From: Pristiophorus japonicus
Lineage: Eukaryota
Direction: 5' to 3'
Length of the DNA: 64,000 nucleotides
Assembly (NCBI RefSeq): GCF_044704955.1
Contig: NC_091986.1
Span: 23,374,001 to 23,438,000 of the forward strand
Below the pieces are notes generated by a model. It did no database searches. It was not told the DNA's origin and was given only the letters and a program-made list of their open reading frames with translations. Made by a program: the position numbers and the translations under genes. This document shows, in pieces, positions 52,318 to 64,000 of this stretch. Every line of letters starts with the position of its first letter. Within the stretch, counting starts at the first letter, position 1.

Positions 52318-52915
52318 TGAAGGGGTTAAAATCATTAGTATTTCTAAAGAGTTTTAGGCTAAGCTTAAGATGAGCGTGGGACCATAACGTATAACTCTCA
52401 AGACGGGATTATTTGGCTGATGTCCTAGCATAGACAGAATTACACGAGATAACGATAAACACCCCAGCTTTGTCTGTCTATTAACAGAAGATTTAGTCAA
52501 GGCTAAATAGGTCTGAGAAAAAGTACTTTCACAGGAATTGCTTAACCGTAGAAAAGTAATGATGTAGCACATAACTGATCAGATAAAAGGCGTACAGGGG
52601 AGGTAACGAAGCTTGCTGTCAGTATAATTGTATTAACCAATTAATATTTGTAATCATTGTAGTTAGGTGAAACCTTTGTTATGCAGCAGGGAAACAACAA
52701 ATGGAAAGCTTCCGTGCAGAACTTTGTGATTTTGTATGTATTTTACTGTATAAAAACACTAATCCGATGATTGTTCGACAAGAATGGCTGATTTGGGTCA
52801 CCGAGTTACTGAACTCGTGTAGAAGCTGTTTCTCCCTTGATTGAGTACTTTATAACAAACGATTCTTTTCTCCAAAACAGACTTGTGTTGAGTATCTTTT
52901 TAATACTCCACTACA
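52318..52915 (+). repeat. 5' LTR
   Basis: TGAAGGGGTTAAAATC...CTCCACTACA; TATAAAAA at about 52749; direct repeat of 56376-56971. Confidence 0.95.
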
Positions 52916-52917
52916 AT

Positions 52918-52934
52918 TGGCGCTGAGAGCATGG
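52918..52934 (+). promoter_or_regulatory. Primer-binding site, tRNA-Ser-like
   Basis: TGGCGCTGAGAGCA 2 nt after the LTR; near-complement of the vertebrate tRNA-Ser(CGA) 3' end as recalled (TGGCGCTGTGAGCAGG). Confidence 0.7.
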
Positions 52935-55279
52935 TGCCTACGGGAAACTGACAGATGGGCATTTACAGAAGCATCACAAGTGAGTATATTTAAACTACCA
53001 CTCATTATCCGATGTAAGCTGTTACGAAACATGTCTGTTGTCCGGGGTATCTGAATCTGTGAAAAGTCTGTTATGGTGCAAAAGACTTGGGGGTAATTTA
53101 AATGTGTTGTATATCCGTCACTATATAAGTTAAAGTGAGAAACCGGTAGTGCTTGCAAACTCTAACTTTCAGGAACCAGACCAGGGAGGCAATCAGTATT
53201 GTTAGTCCAACCAGACATTGGAGGTGTCCAAGGGCTTGGCGATAGTTCACAGAATCCAGTGAAGGGGTAGACTTGCCCAAGCATGAGATTATATGGTATC
53301 GATGGGATTGTAGACTCTAGGGAGGGACAATCACTATCTAAGAATACAATTTAAATCGATAGGAAAATATTGGTGGGGCCATAGACTCTGGGTTTTATGG
53401 GAAACCAAGCAGAGGGATGGGTAATATCTGATACAGTGAAACCGGTTAATAATGACTATGTTAAGTGATGGGTGGGATCCTAAAATAGAGCCGGCCAAAT
53501 CGAAATTATGGTGGGAGAAACAGAAAAATAAGAAAACAGCCAAAACAGGATTAATGGTAATAAGTCAGTGCCTACAATTATGGAGGTTAAGAGTAGAAGT
53601 GAATAGTTTGAGAATGACACCCACCGGAGAGTTGGGATAGAGACTGATGAAGAAAAACAAGGGAACCAGGAAAAAAAAAGAAAATAAGCTTTGTTGAATG
53701 AAAAATTGATGTGAATGGCTGTCTTCAAATGAAAGTGCTTGTGTGGAAGTTTTCGTGACTGCGGTTTAGCTCCACCCACTTTTTCAGACGGAGAGTTGAA
53801 CGTTTTTAATCCTTTGTAGTGTTGTCCTAGATGTGGGAAGTTTTATGAAAGTATGAATTGAGTGTTAAAATAATCATTGTTTACCTAGAATTGAATTACA
53901 TTTTTAGTTAGAAACGCAGCTGCGGATTTGTTTTGATTTTGATTTACGGAGCGATGAAATGCATAAAGGATGGGTTTGTTTAACAAAAGATAAAAACCTT
54001 CAGCCTTGCTCAAAAAACATTTAAAAAAAAAGAGAAAACAGAACCGGCACAGAATCTTCAGCTCGAGAAATTTGGTCGTTCTAATTGGATTACAGTAAAA
54101 AAAATTGCGTGGTCTCGTTTAAAAAAAAAAATATTCCGACACGCTCACTTACTTGTCAAAAGAAAACATGTAATCATTGATTACATTGGGTTGAAAGGCA
54201 ATAAATTTAGTCGAGGAATGAGATAAAGAAAGGAGAAGGGAGAGTGTAATGCCTTTAAAAAAAGCCTGCATGGGTTTCTCGAGGCCACGGGCTGAGGGAA
54301 GCTATGCACCCATTTTCCTTTGTGTAAAATCTTTTGTTAACTTTGAATTGGGATTTTGAGATATTTCAGGTGATTCTCCTTGATAAACATTTTGGTTGTA
54401 TTGGAAAATCTTGGGTTTGGAAACCTTTTTAACAGAAATAATAAAAGTACACATCTGAGTAACTTTACCTCAACTACTACATCAGAAGCTGAAGCTTAAA
54501 AAGATGTAATTTATGAGGTATTGTATCACAAAGTATATCTTGAAGTTACAGAGGAAAAGATTTTCTACTTATGCTATTCCTACTTGGGTTGGAGTTTTTT
54601 TTTAATGTTCAGCTTCTAAATCAGAAGTTAGGCACATAATTATAAAACAAGTACTTTGCATTCTGTGATCTGTGAATCACTTAGACATAATAAGTTTAAA
54701 CTATAAGCATAAATGAGAATTCCAATATTTAAAAAAAAAACAGTATTACCATATTTGACATTTTTAATTTAAAAATAAATACATTTACTACAAAAGGGGA
54801 GCAGCAATTAGGCTGGGAACAGTAAGGAGTTAATTTTGTTGTAAAGGTTTCAAGTATCACTGGTTAAGAAAAGGCACAACAAAATACTGAGATACATTTA
54901 ACATTGAGCCTCTTTAGAACTATTTTGGCGTTTGAGATTTTTTTTTGTGTTGATCTGACAGAGATCTATTGAAAGAATGATTTTCATCAAAAAGACTCAC
55001 TAAATAAAATGTTAAACGTGGTTACTAACCAATGATGCTAACCTACAGTTCAAATGTATGCAAATTTGTAAAATCTGATCTCTTTTAAAAAAAGAAATAA
55101 AACTAAAAAGTTTGGAAATAATCAAAAAATGCCATTTTCTCTGATGAAAGACAGAAATGCCACTTGGGGGAGACGAGATAAGATATGGAAGTAGCCTTGG
55201 AAATGATTTGCGAGAACTTTAATTGCAAGCACTTGTATGTTAAGATAGTTTATAAACTATCACTTGTTTTTGAATACAG

Positions 55280-55585
55280 GAAACCAGACAATCCTGCCCA
55301 GAATTACTACCCGCGATATGAATGAGGTTACGCGCCTCACCAAATCGAAGGACAGGATTAACCCCCTATGAGCTAATGATTGGATGAGTAATGAAGTTAC
55401 CCGAGGGGATAGTTACAGGAGGGGCAGAATTAGGATCATTACGAGATAGAATCAGGAAGTATGTGATGGAATTGAGTGAGCAGTTGAAAGGTATGTCACA
55501 GGAGGTCCGAGTATGCGATCAAAAAGAATGGAAAGATAAGGGGAATATCTTTATCTGGGTACCGGAGAGAAGGAAGCCTAACTAG
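55280..55585 (+). pseudogene. Retroviral integrase C-terminal remnant
   Basis: ETRQSCPELLPAI*MRLRASPNRRTGLTPYELMIG resembles the end of the integrase core. Confidence 0.75.
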
Positions 55586-55598
55586 ATGCCCTCACACA

Positions 55599-56185
55599 GT
55601 GGGAGATGGGATCAAGGATAGCTGCGGGTTTGACAATACTACGGAAGGATGTGTCATTGGAATAAGCCCTGCCCTGCCCGAACCCACACATTATGTCTAT
55701 CAAGGACGAGGAGAATATTGTGTGGTAACTAGCCTGGGAACTTACGATTACGGAGGCTTGACTTGTAACATTACAATGCCTAACTTTTACTTTACTCCCA
55801 GAATGTCGGTGGCAGTGGGAAGAGCACGCATGACGTATATATACGGCAGGAAGACAATGACATTAAATATAAGCGATGAGATTAAGCAAGATATTGATGA
55901 TTACATGGAAGAGCAAGCACCACCAATTCCCCGTTACTTGAAGATTTAACTGAGCTCAAAGGACCATTAAGAAATAACATTAAAAGATATTATGAGCAAA
56001 AGGTTAAAGGCAAAGAACTGGACAGTGAAATAAAAGGTAACCTGAAAAACCCGCCTTGGTAATTGGGGAATGAACGTTGAAATACATCTGTGGATAAGGA
56101 TCCTTTCACATACCCTAGCGGCAGTACAGATAGTAATAGCCTTGAGTTGGTTGGTGATGTTATGTAACAAGTGCAAAAGATAGAA
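55599..56185 (+). pseudogene. Envelope protein C-terminal remnant
   Basis: Cys-rich ectodomain with NTT/NIT/NIS sequons, heptad-like segment, then WIRILSHTLAAVQIVIALSWLVMLCNKCKR (TM helix) just before the PPT. Confidence 0.7.
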
Positions 56186-56364
56186 GAGGTATATCTGAGC
56201 AAACCTACAAGCTAGGGATCAGGTCAAATTGTTGCAGAATGAATACCTGATATGATTTGTGGGTGCTCCCAACCTATCGCCTGATCACCGAGACCGGGGC
56301 GGAGTACACATGAACCAGACAAGGTGAATAATTGGTCATGTTGGGTTAGATTAACCATATGACC

Positions 56365-56374
56365 AAAGGGGGGA
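56365..56374 (+). promoter_or_regulatory. Polypurine tract
   Basis: AAAGGGGGGA immediately before the 3' LTR. Confidence 0.9.
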
Positions 56375-56375
56375 T

Positions 56376-56971
56376 TGAAGAGGTTAAAAATCATTAGTAT
56401 TTCTAAAAGGTTTGTGGCTAAGCATAAGTTGAGCGTGGGACCATAACATATGACTCTCGAGAAGGGAATATTTGGCAGATGTCCTAGCATAGACAGAATT
56501 ACATGAGATAATCTTAAACACCCCAGCTTTGTCTGTCTATTAACAGAAGATTTAGTCAAGGACAAATAGATCTGGGAAAAAGTACTTTCACAGGAATTGC
56601 TTAACCGTAGAAAAGTAATGATGTAGCATGTAACTGATCAGATAAAAGGTGCACAGGGGAGGTAATGAAGCTTGCTGTCAATATAATTGTATTAACCAAT
56701 TAATATTTGTAATCATAGTAGTTAGGCGAAACTTTGTGACGTGGCAGGGAAATAACAAATGGAAAGCTTCCGCGCGGAACTTCAAGATATTGTATGTATT
56801 TTGACTGTATAAAAACAGTAACCCGACGATTGTTTGAGAATGGCTGGTTTGGGTCACCAAGATACTGAACTTGTGTAGAAGCTGTCTCTACCTCAATCGA
56901 GTACTTTCTAATAAACAATTATTTTCTCTAAAGCAGACTTGTGTTGAGTATCTTTGTAAAACTCCACAACA
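56376..56971 (+). repeat. 3' LTR
   Basis: TGAAGAGGTTAAAAATC...CTCCACAACA. Confidence 0.95.
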
Positions 56972-57279
56972 AATGCCATCTGCAGTCCTCTCCACTGAAA
57001 GTCAGCAGCCTTTTACCAGCCATGCAGGAGCCACTGGGAAAGCAATTCTTAGGAGCACTAGGACAGGCAAAGGCACATGCAAGAGGCACTAAGGGAATGC
57101 ACAAGGGTGATTACTTTAGTTTTCTATGCAATGTGGCATGATTTAATTTATACATTTGGATTGGAATGTGTGATGTCTGTTGGCTTTTATTTTTGCATTG
57201 TGCCCAAGAAGATGGTGTGATGGTCAGCGACAGAGGAAAGGTAAGGAATGTGGGACTATTGGTGAATAGGGAATTGTGG

Positions 57280-57828
57280 CTGAGGTTATCGGTATCGCTG
57301 ATTCATTATTTGTTCATGCAGAGCCTGGGCAGAAAGGGGTTGCAGCCTCTCTTCCTCTCCTCCTCTTTTACTTCCTCCTCTTCCAGCTCCTCCTCTTCCT
57401 CTCCTCCACATGCTCTTGCTCCTCTGCTTTTCGCCTGATAGGTGGCGGTGAGGGCTGTTCCCTCATGATGGCAACATTGTGCAGCATGCAGCACACCAAA
57501 TCTTGAGACCCACTCAGCCGAGTACTGCAGAACTCCTCCAGAATGGTTGAGGTTGCCTCAGGACACCAGTGATCTGCTCTTTCAGAATGCTTGTGACAGC
57601 CTGGCTCTCGCTGTACTCCTGCTGTGCATATGTGCATGGGTTGCGGACCAGAGTCGTAAGCCATGTCATCAATGGATAACCCTTGTCACCCAATAGGCAC
57701 CCTTTGGTTTGCAGTGATGGTTGAAACGCGGCTAGCACAGGGGTCTGCCACAGAATGAACACATCATTATTGTTGCCAGGATACCGGACATTGACCTGCG
57801 TGAGGTGCTGCCTGTGGTCACACACCAC
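57280..57828 (-). pseudogene. Harbinger transposase, C-terminal half of the DDE domain
   Basis: VCDHRQ...RYPGNNNDVFIL...LLGDKGYPLMTWL...CCMLHNVAIMR plus acidic tail. Confidence 0.9.
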
Positions 57829-59613
57829 ATGCCATTTTGGTTCAGGTTCATAGCAGAGTTAACATGAGGTACATGAAAAGCAAGGGGGGGGGGGAGGCGG
57901 GGGTTGGGGGCCAGGAGGAAGGGTGTAAATCGAACACATGGGAGGAACCCTAGGCAACAGCAGCTCTTGTGCAGCCAAGAGGAGCCCTCTTGTTCCTGCT
58001 AGATCCGTAATAATAAGTTTTCACTTACTCTTTGGGGGCCTCTGCCTCTTCATCGTCCAGTACTACTGTAGGGATCACACACTCCGCCCAGCTGTCCCTT
58101 GAAAAGATATTGGGGTCCGATGTATCTCATCCAAACTCGAATTGGATACAGTAATGAGGGTCCTCACTGGGCAGCCCAGTGGAAGACTCCAGTAAATAGA
58201 CTGGCGGAGCGGGGATGAGGCCCTACAGCTATTTGAACCCCCTGTTTCTGTCAGATGGGCTGTTAAAACCAGCCCCAGCCTGTGATCTGGCTCGAAAGGC
58301 TTCAGGGTTGCCTTGCTATGGGACAATGTGCATTGGATGTGTGGTAAGCCTCAGGCCTACCTGCCCACTCTTCACATGTGCACTTTGATACTGAGCGTTG
58401 TGAAGATATTTGACCATGCAAGGCGTTTAGCCATGCCTGGCACTATCTTTATCTGATATCCCGCTCAAACGCTTTCCAGCATGGGTCAATGGATAATGAT
58501 CAGAAACAGGAACCGTGATTGATTTATCTCTTCCCTCGCCCATTGATGTCATGGCTGTTGTAACAGCCCTACTACAATCCTGGCTGCAATCAAACTCAAA
58601 CAAAGAAACTCAGCACAGAGCAGGAATGAACATGTGGCTTCATTTACGCTTCAGGCTTTACTCATTAAGACATTGGAATAGTTTACTTTTTAAATTTCAT
58701 TCTGCATTGTTCTTGAGCGCTCATCAAGATTTAAGACTATTTTTGTGCCTGTCAGCAAAGAAATACCACCGCTCTTTTAGTGTTTAACAGTAAAAAGTCA
58801 GGTTGTTTTTTAGTGCGAGTATTTTGACTCTGAAACTCGAACACTTTTGTCCCTGACACAGGAAGTGCAACAAACAATGAATCAATCAGACATCGAATCC
58901 CACGTGTCGGGGCAGGAACAATAGCACCAAGAATTTGATTGTAATGGCACATCCCGTTCATTTTTACTACTGATGGTGAAACCTGTGAAGAATGGCGTGG
59001 CAATTATATTCACTAGTGGTAGCAATGCTGCTGTTTCATGTAGATAGTCCAGAATCCCATTAAGAACAAAGGAAGAAGATAGCAGGTGTTTTCAGCCAAC
59101 TTCATTTCTTCTCCTCCTGTATCAGAAATAATTAACATGTAAGCATAACCTTCTAATATGTGATATATTAATGTTGATTAGACTAGTGAACTCTAAGCCT
59201 CCACCTACTTCAAGCAGCATTGTGAAACAAAACAAAAATTGGAAATTTCAGCTTTATTACCTGACAACAGTAATGATGTCGACCTCGGCTGATTGAGTTG
59301 ACATGTTCGACTCTGAACATGGTGAGTGGCAAATGCTGACAACCAGATAATCCAATGGGGGTATTTTTTTCAATAAAGAATTAACAGTAACTGCAAACCT
59401 TAACGTCATTATAATTCAACTGACATCAAAAGAAATAACATTTGCCCAGGAGGTGTTTTTCATTTTTACTTCTGTGCTGTGATCCATTGTATCTATTCAG
59501 CCATCTCAGCTTCACACTATCTAAACCTCTGTTCCATCACTTGTTAACATTAATCATATTGGCGTTAATCTTATTAATGTGAATTTGTTACTTTTTTCTA
59601 TTTTCTCTCCTCT

Positions 59614-60060
59614 TGTGTACCATCTACAAGATGCACTGCAGCAACTCGTCAAGGCTTCTTTGACAGCATCTCCCAAACCCGTCACCTCTACCACCTCGAA
59701 AGACAAGGGCAGTAAGTGCATGGGAACACCACCAGCTCCAAGTTCCCCTCCAAGTCACAAACTTAGATAGCACATTTCCATAGGTGGCAGCTTAAGTGTG
59801 TGCAGGCAGAGAGGAAATGGGTGACTGTCAGTCAGAGGACAAGGCAGGTACCCTGACTTTGAAATATTTTGCTGCTCTTTCATCGTCGCATGGTCAAAAT
59901 TCTGGAACTCCCTCCCTAACAGCATTGTGGGAGTACCTTCACCACATGGACTACAGCGGTTCACGAAGGTGGCTCACTATCACCTTCTCAAGGGTAATTA
60001 GGGATGGGCAATAAATACTGGCGTTACCAGTGACGCCCACATACTGCGAATCAATATATT
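59614..60060 (+). mobile_element. CR1-group LINE 3' end (distinct family), with an insert at about 59760-59850
   Basis: WNSLPNSIVG motif; tail GGGATGGGCAATAAATACTGGC. Confidence 0.7.
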
Positions 60061-61209
60061 AAAACATTTTTGGGGCATGCTTCTATAAGTTCCACTGATC
60101 CTCCAACACCTCATTCAAGTGGATGTTCTTCATGCATGAGCCAGAATGGTGAGTTAACAGGATATTCAACCATAGTGGGCACCACAGCCAAGTCCCATTT
60201 TGGTACACTTTTCAACTGGAGTCACTGGATAGTGATTCAAAGCAGGAATCCCGGCAGATTTTTATCTACCCTGGCCATGCTGAAGCTCCTTGCACTGCCC
60301 AGCCATTGCCCTAACTGCGTTAGGTCCCTCCGCGCAGATTAGAAATCACACTTGGAATGCTTTAATTTCATGTCAATGTCACACTAGGTAATGCCTTTAG
60401 CAACAAGGCCATTCGGGCTAGGAATTGTTTCTACTGTTAAATATACATATACTGCTGACAAAGAGGTAACGCTGCTTTTTCAATGTTTAACAGGAAGTTG
60501 GGTGCTAAGGCCTGAATATTAGGGAGTTTCATAATGTGAAGAGAGCTAGAATGGGCTAGTGGTGTACATGGAGCTACTGAGTTTGCTTTTCAATAGTGAC
60601 GGCTGCGTGCTCATAAATGGCTTGCTCTAAACCACAGTGGTAAAATCAATCATTAATTCAAGAGAAAGATGAGAAATGACTTCATCATCGGGATCCAGTT
60701 TCTCTTCAACTATCCATTTTCTTCACCATTGTTTTTATGATTAAAATAAATCAGATCCCAAATGCATCCAGTGATATAACTTGGTGCTACATTTTATTAA
60801 GTTTTTAATTTGAGATCCTAATCCCAATTTACTGAGTGCTGCTTGTATCTATCGGACAGTATTTTGCATGCAGTCGGGCCTTTCATCTTCCTAACCTCAT
60901 CAATTACTGATTCATAATGCCATGCAATGATCACGAGCATTACAATGCATCTGGGCTTTAATTCAGTGAAGAATCCACTCCTGTACATAGCTGAAATGAG
61001 TATGACGGTTTTCAAATGAGTACAAAAATAGTTTGCAATAAGATGCTTCAATCTGGTGTACTTCAGTCGCTATCTCTTGTTGCTACATAGCACAAGCAGT
61101 TTTGAACCTAAATACAGATTAAGATGGGCATGTAGTAAAGCTATGAGCTCTGTGAGTTTGGAAAAGCTGTCGACAGTGCTGAGTGGTGGAGAATAGTAAA
61201 ATAGTTAAA

Positions 61210-61901
61210 GGGGCGGTAACCTTCTGGGCCCGGGTCAGTTAAGACCAGGGGCGGAAGTCCCGGCCCCGGTGCGGAATTGCGCATTGCGGCCCTCAGACGA
61301 GGTTGAGCGTTGTTGCAGACGGTCCACCTCATTGGAGGAACGCTCCCACGGCACCAGCGCGGCGCTAAGTTCATTTAAAGAGGAGGGGCACTGCGGACTC
61401 TGCATGACTCTTTGGTAGCCTCCACTGGACCACCATGAACAAACAGGCCAGCGGCCCGGCACACAAAGAGGAGTGCTGGGGTGCATCATGACAGCAGCCC
61501 GATCGAGACGAGGGCCGCCATCGTCGGGCCGACTGAAAAGTCGGCAGACAGAACAAAATGGTGGCCCAGCGAGCACATGGCCTCCCTTTTAAGGGGCGCC
61601 CCGGGCAGTTGTCTGCGCCCCGCAGAGCAGGTGCAGACATCGGCTGGCACCAGCCTCGCGCCCCGCGGGCTGCAAAGGGTTCGGCACTGGGCGGTGAGGG
61701 GTTGGCGCGCACGTTGATTACATCATCGCCCGGTGGGTGCTGGCCTGGAGCGCAAATCGTGGGGCATGGCGCTAACTTCAAATCTCTACCAAACTCTCGG
61801 GGTCAATTTGGCCCCAGTTGCCACCGCTGCCCGCCAGCGGGCGTCCCGTTAGCGTCTACCGGCGGCACTAACGATGCACAAAAATGGGCAATTTCGGCCC
61901 C
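61210..61901. mobile_element. Harbinger-type MITE (left end eroded)
   Basis: CpG-rich block ending GGGCAATTTCGGCCCC; GGCGCTAA motifs. Confidence 0.65.
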
Positions 61902-63249
61902 AAAGTGTCTTATTTCTCAATTGCTGATTGATGCACCAGTTAACCAAAATGGTGACTAAGAACTGAAGGTAATAGGTCTAACTGAGATTGGCCTGACCTT
62001 CACCATTATCAACCAAAACCAAAAGTCAACATCAGCCATCGAGATTAAACAATGCAATATTAAATTGTATGGAAATATTTTCCCAAGCGTAACTTGGTCA
62101 TTCTTCAATGCACACTGTGATCTGCAGATTATATAATAGATTCTATGTACCTGGCCAAAGAGTAACTCATTGTAATATTTTTTTTTAAAAAGGGCATGTG
62201 AGAAGTGTTTAGAGTGTCCCCCAGATCGGGGGGGGCACTTGATTTAATGTTTATTTTGTGTCCCCAAAAAGAGTTGTAATATTTTAAACCTCCTTGTCTT
62301 ATGTTAACAAATACAATTTGTATTCAGCTAAGAGTAATCTGAACAAACCACAATATGGTGATTCTATTCAGATATCGATGGTGGGACTTCCTGAGGAAAA
62401 GAAGTTCAAGTTAATGAGTATTTTACAAGGGCCTTTAATAACTAACTTGGGAAACATCATAATAGCCAGTTTTCAGATCATGGCTAGAAGACAGAAGCCA
62501 ATCACAACTAAAGCAGGAGGTTGCTCTCCATGCTGATTAGATTACCAATTGAGACAATGGCAATAGAGATAATAATGGTTAAAGTAAGATCAGACAAACT
62601 CTATACAGCAGAAAATAAGATTTATTGAAGAAGGATACATAGAAACTGGACTGATCAGCAGATACCTAAATAGGTTGAAATATTCTAAACTACCCTAGTG
62701 TTATAGTTCATGTTTGAGGAAAGAGGAGTAATGATTTATGAATAGTCAAGAGGATTTTGGGAAACAGGTCAAGTTTGGAATTTAAAGGACCAATCCAGGT
62801 AGACCATGTGTGCACAATGATTCAAGTGATTGACTACTTAAATCAATACTTTAAACAATTTATGAACCAATTAAGTGAAACTATGTTAATGGAGCTTTTT
62901 TTGCTGTACAAGGTAATCTTTTTCTGACTAATGCTCCATGCTAGTTAGACAAAAAAAGATGGAAGTTTCAGTCACAGGGATTTAGGCCAGGCATACCAGA
63001 TGTAAGTCAAGCCTTTCAATAAAATATGTTGAAGATCTGATGGTAGGCTCCTGTTCTTATGTAGCATGCACACAAAACTCCTTGGTTGTGGAAGGTTCAG
63101 GGGTGACTAGACTGCAGAGTGTGGGAGAATTAGATACTTTGCTGATGTATGGTAAAAGTGCCCAGTATATTGATGACCTGGAACAAAAGCCGGGGATTTC
63201 CTCAAGTTACTCTTGTTCCGCCACTGTAATAGGATATAGACAAGAGGTT

Positions 63250-63500
63250 TGATTGAGCTGAAGTTTATGGCGTGCGGTGGATGGGAGGTTGACCAGGAGA
63301 ACACTGGAATAGTTAAATCTGGAGGTAACAAAGGGATAGATGAAAGTTTCAGCAGCAGATAGGCTGAGGTAGGGGTGGAAGTAGGTGATTTTGTAGAGGT
63401 GTAAGTAGGCAGTCTATGTCCAGGAGATGATATGGGGTTAAATTGGATGCTAAGGTTTCAAACAGTCTAATTCAGCCAATGGGCAGGGAGGGGAATGGTG
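63250..63500 (-). mobile_element. L2 LINE fragment
   Basis: Reverse strand encodes LSAAETFIYPFVTSRFNYSSVLL. Confidence 0.75.
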
Positions 63501-63574
63501 TCAGAGGGGAGGGTGCAGAGTGTATTTATATTAAAATGATTATATATTGTGTGTTAGATTGGATCAGTTGCTTG

Positions 63575-64000
63575 TTACAGCTTCTGTGCCAGAAGGTTGT
63601 GGGCCAAGCCCCACTACAGACCCGAGCACGTAATCTAGGTTGACACTTCAGTGCAGTATTAATGGAGCACTGCGTGTCAGAGGTGCTGTCCTTTGGATGA
63701 GACAATAAACCGAGGCTCCAGCTGCTCGCTTAGGTGTACATAAAATATTCCATGGCACTATTTGAAGATGAGCATGGAGTTCTTCTTGTGACCTGGCCAA
63801 CACTCTTTCCTGGCAAGTACCAGCAAAAACAGCTTTCGCATCATTATTTATTTACTCATTTGCTGTTTGGAGAATCTTGCGATGTATGAATTGGTTGCCG
63901 CATTTGTCTCCATAACAATAGTTGCTGCACTTCAAAATATAATTAATTGGTTGTAAAGTGCTTTGGAACATACCAAGGACATGATGAGGTGCTATTTAAA
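63575..64000 (+). mobile_element. SacSINE1/Deu-domain SINE, nearly full length
   Basis: tRNA-like head, Deu-like core and L2-like tail reaching the window end. Confidence 0.78.

Larger units (their letters stand above)
52318..56971 (+). mobile_element. Endogenous retrovirus-like provirus, internally deleted
   Basis: Two about 597-bp TG...CA LTRs, PBS, PPT, TSD AAGGC/AATGC, and gag-like, integrase and env remnants. Confidence 0.92.
47030..57830. mobile_element. PIF/Harbinger DNA transposon 2, truncated, hosting a CR1 and an ERV
   Basis: Myb-like gene (+) continues across both insertions to about 57092; transposase remnant (-) follows; termini not identified. Confidence 0.8.

Noticed and set aside
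52918-52934. tRNA gene
   Set aside because: Only the complement of a tRNA 3' end, i.e. a PBS. SINE heads near 11370-11430 and 63575 are also too decayed to be tRNA genes.
57280-57828. Host HARBI1 gene
   Set aside because: Frameshifted, truncated and paired with a Myb pseudogene, so a transposon relic.
60115-60420. Possible old minus-strand SINE
   Set aside because: Too degenerate to assign or bound.
62190-62295. Possible Tx1/L1 3' end
   Set aside because: Resemblance only from memory, too short to support.

Overview
Eukaryotic, repeat-rich DNA, most likely from a cartilaginous fish (inferred from HER1/CR1-type LINE tails, SacSINE1/Deu-type SINEs and a Penelope-type hairpin repeat). I recognise no host protein-coding exon, so this looks like a gene desert or a very long intron. 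About half of the window is transposable elements: many CR1 and L2 LINE fragments, SINEs, about 12 Harbinger-type MITEs, a solo LTR and a Penelope ORF fragment. There are also two decayed two-gene PIF/Harbinger transposons (Myb/SANT gene facing a transposase gene). The second Harbinger carries a 3 kb CR1 and, about 17 bp further on, a two-LTR endogenous retrovirus with a tRNA-Ser primer site, a near-perfect 5-bp TSD and an atypical env remnant. Most notable observations: (1) that provirus; (2) a strong splice donor in the interior of most MITEs, including dissimilar families; (3) an unexplained inverted duplication of about 190 bp or more at 14.7-17.8 kb; (4) a hammerhead-derived hairpin; (5) TE-free blocks that look like enhancers. 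Family names come from motif recognition, not database searches, and boundaries of old elements are approximate.
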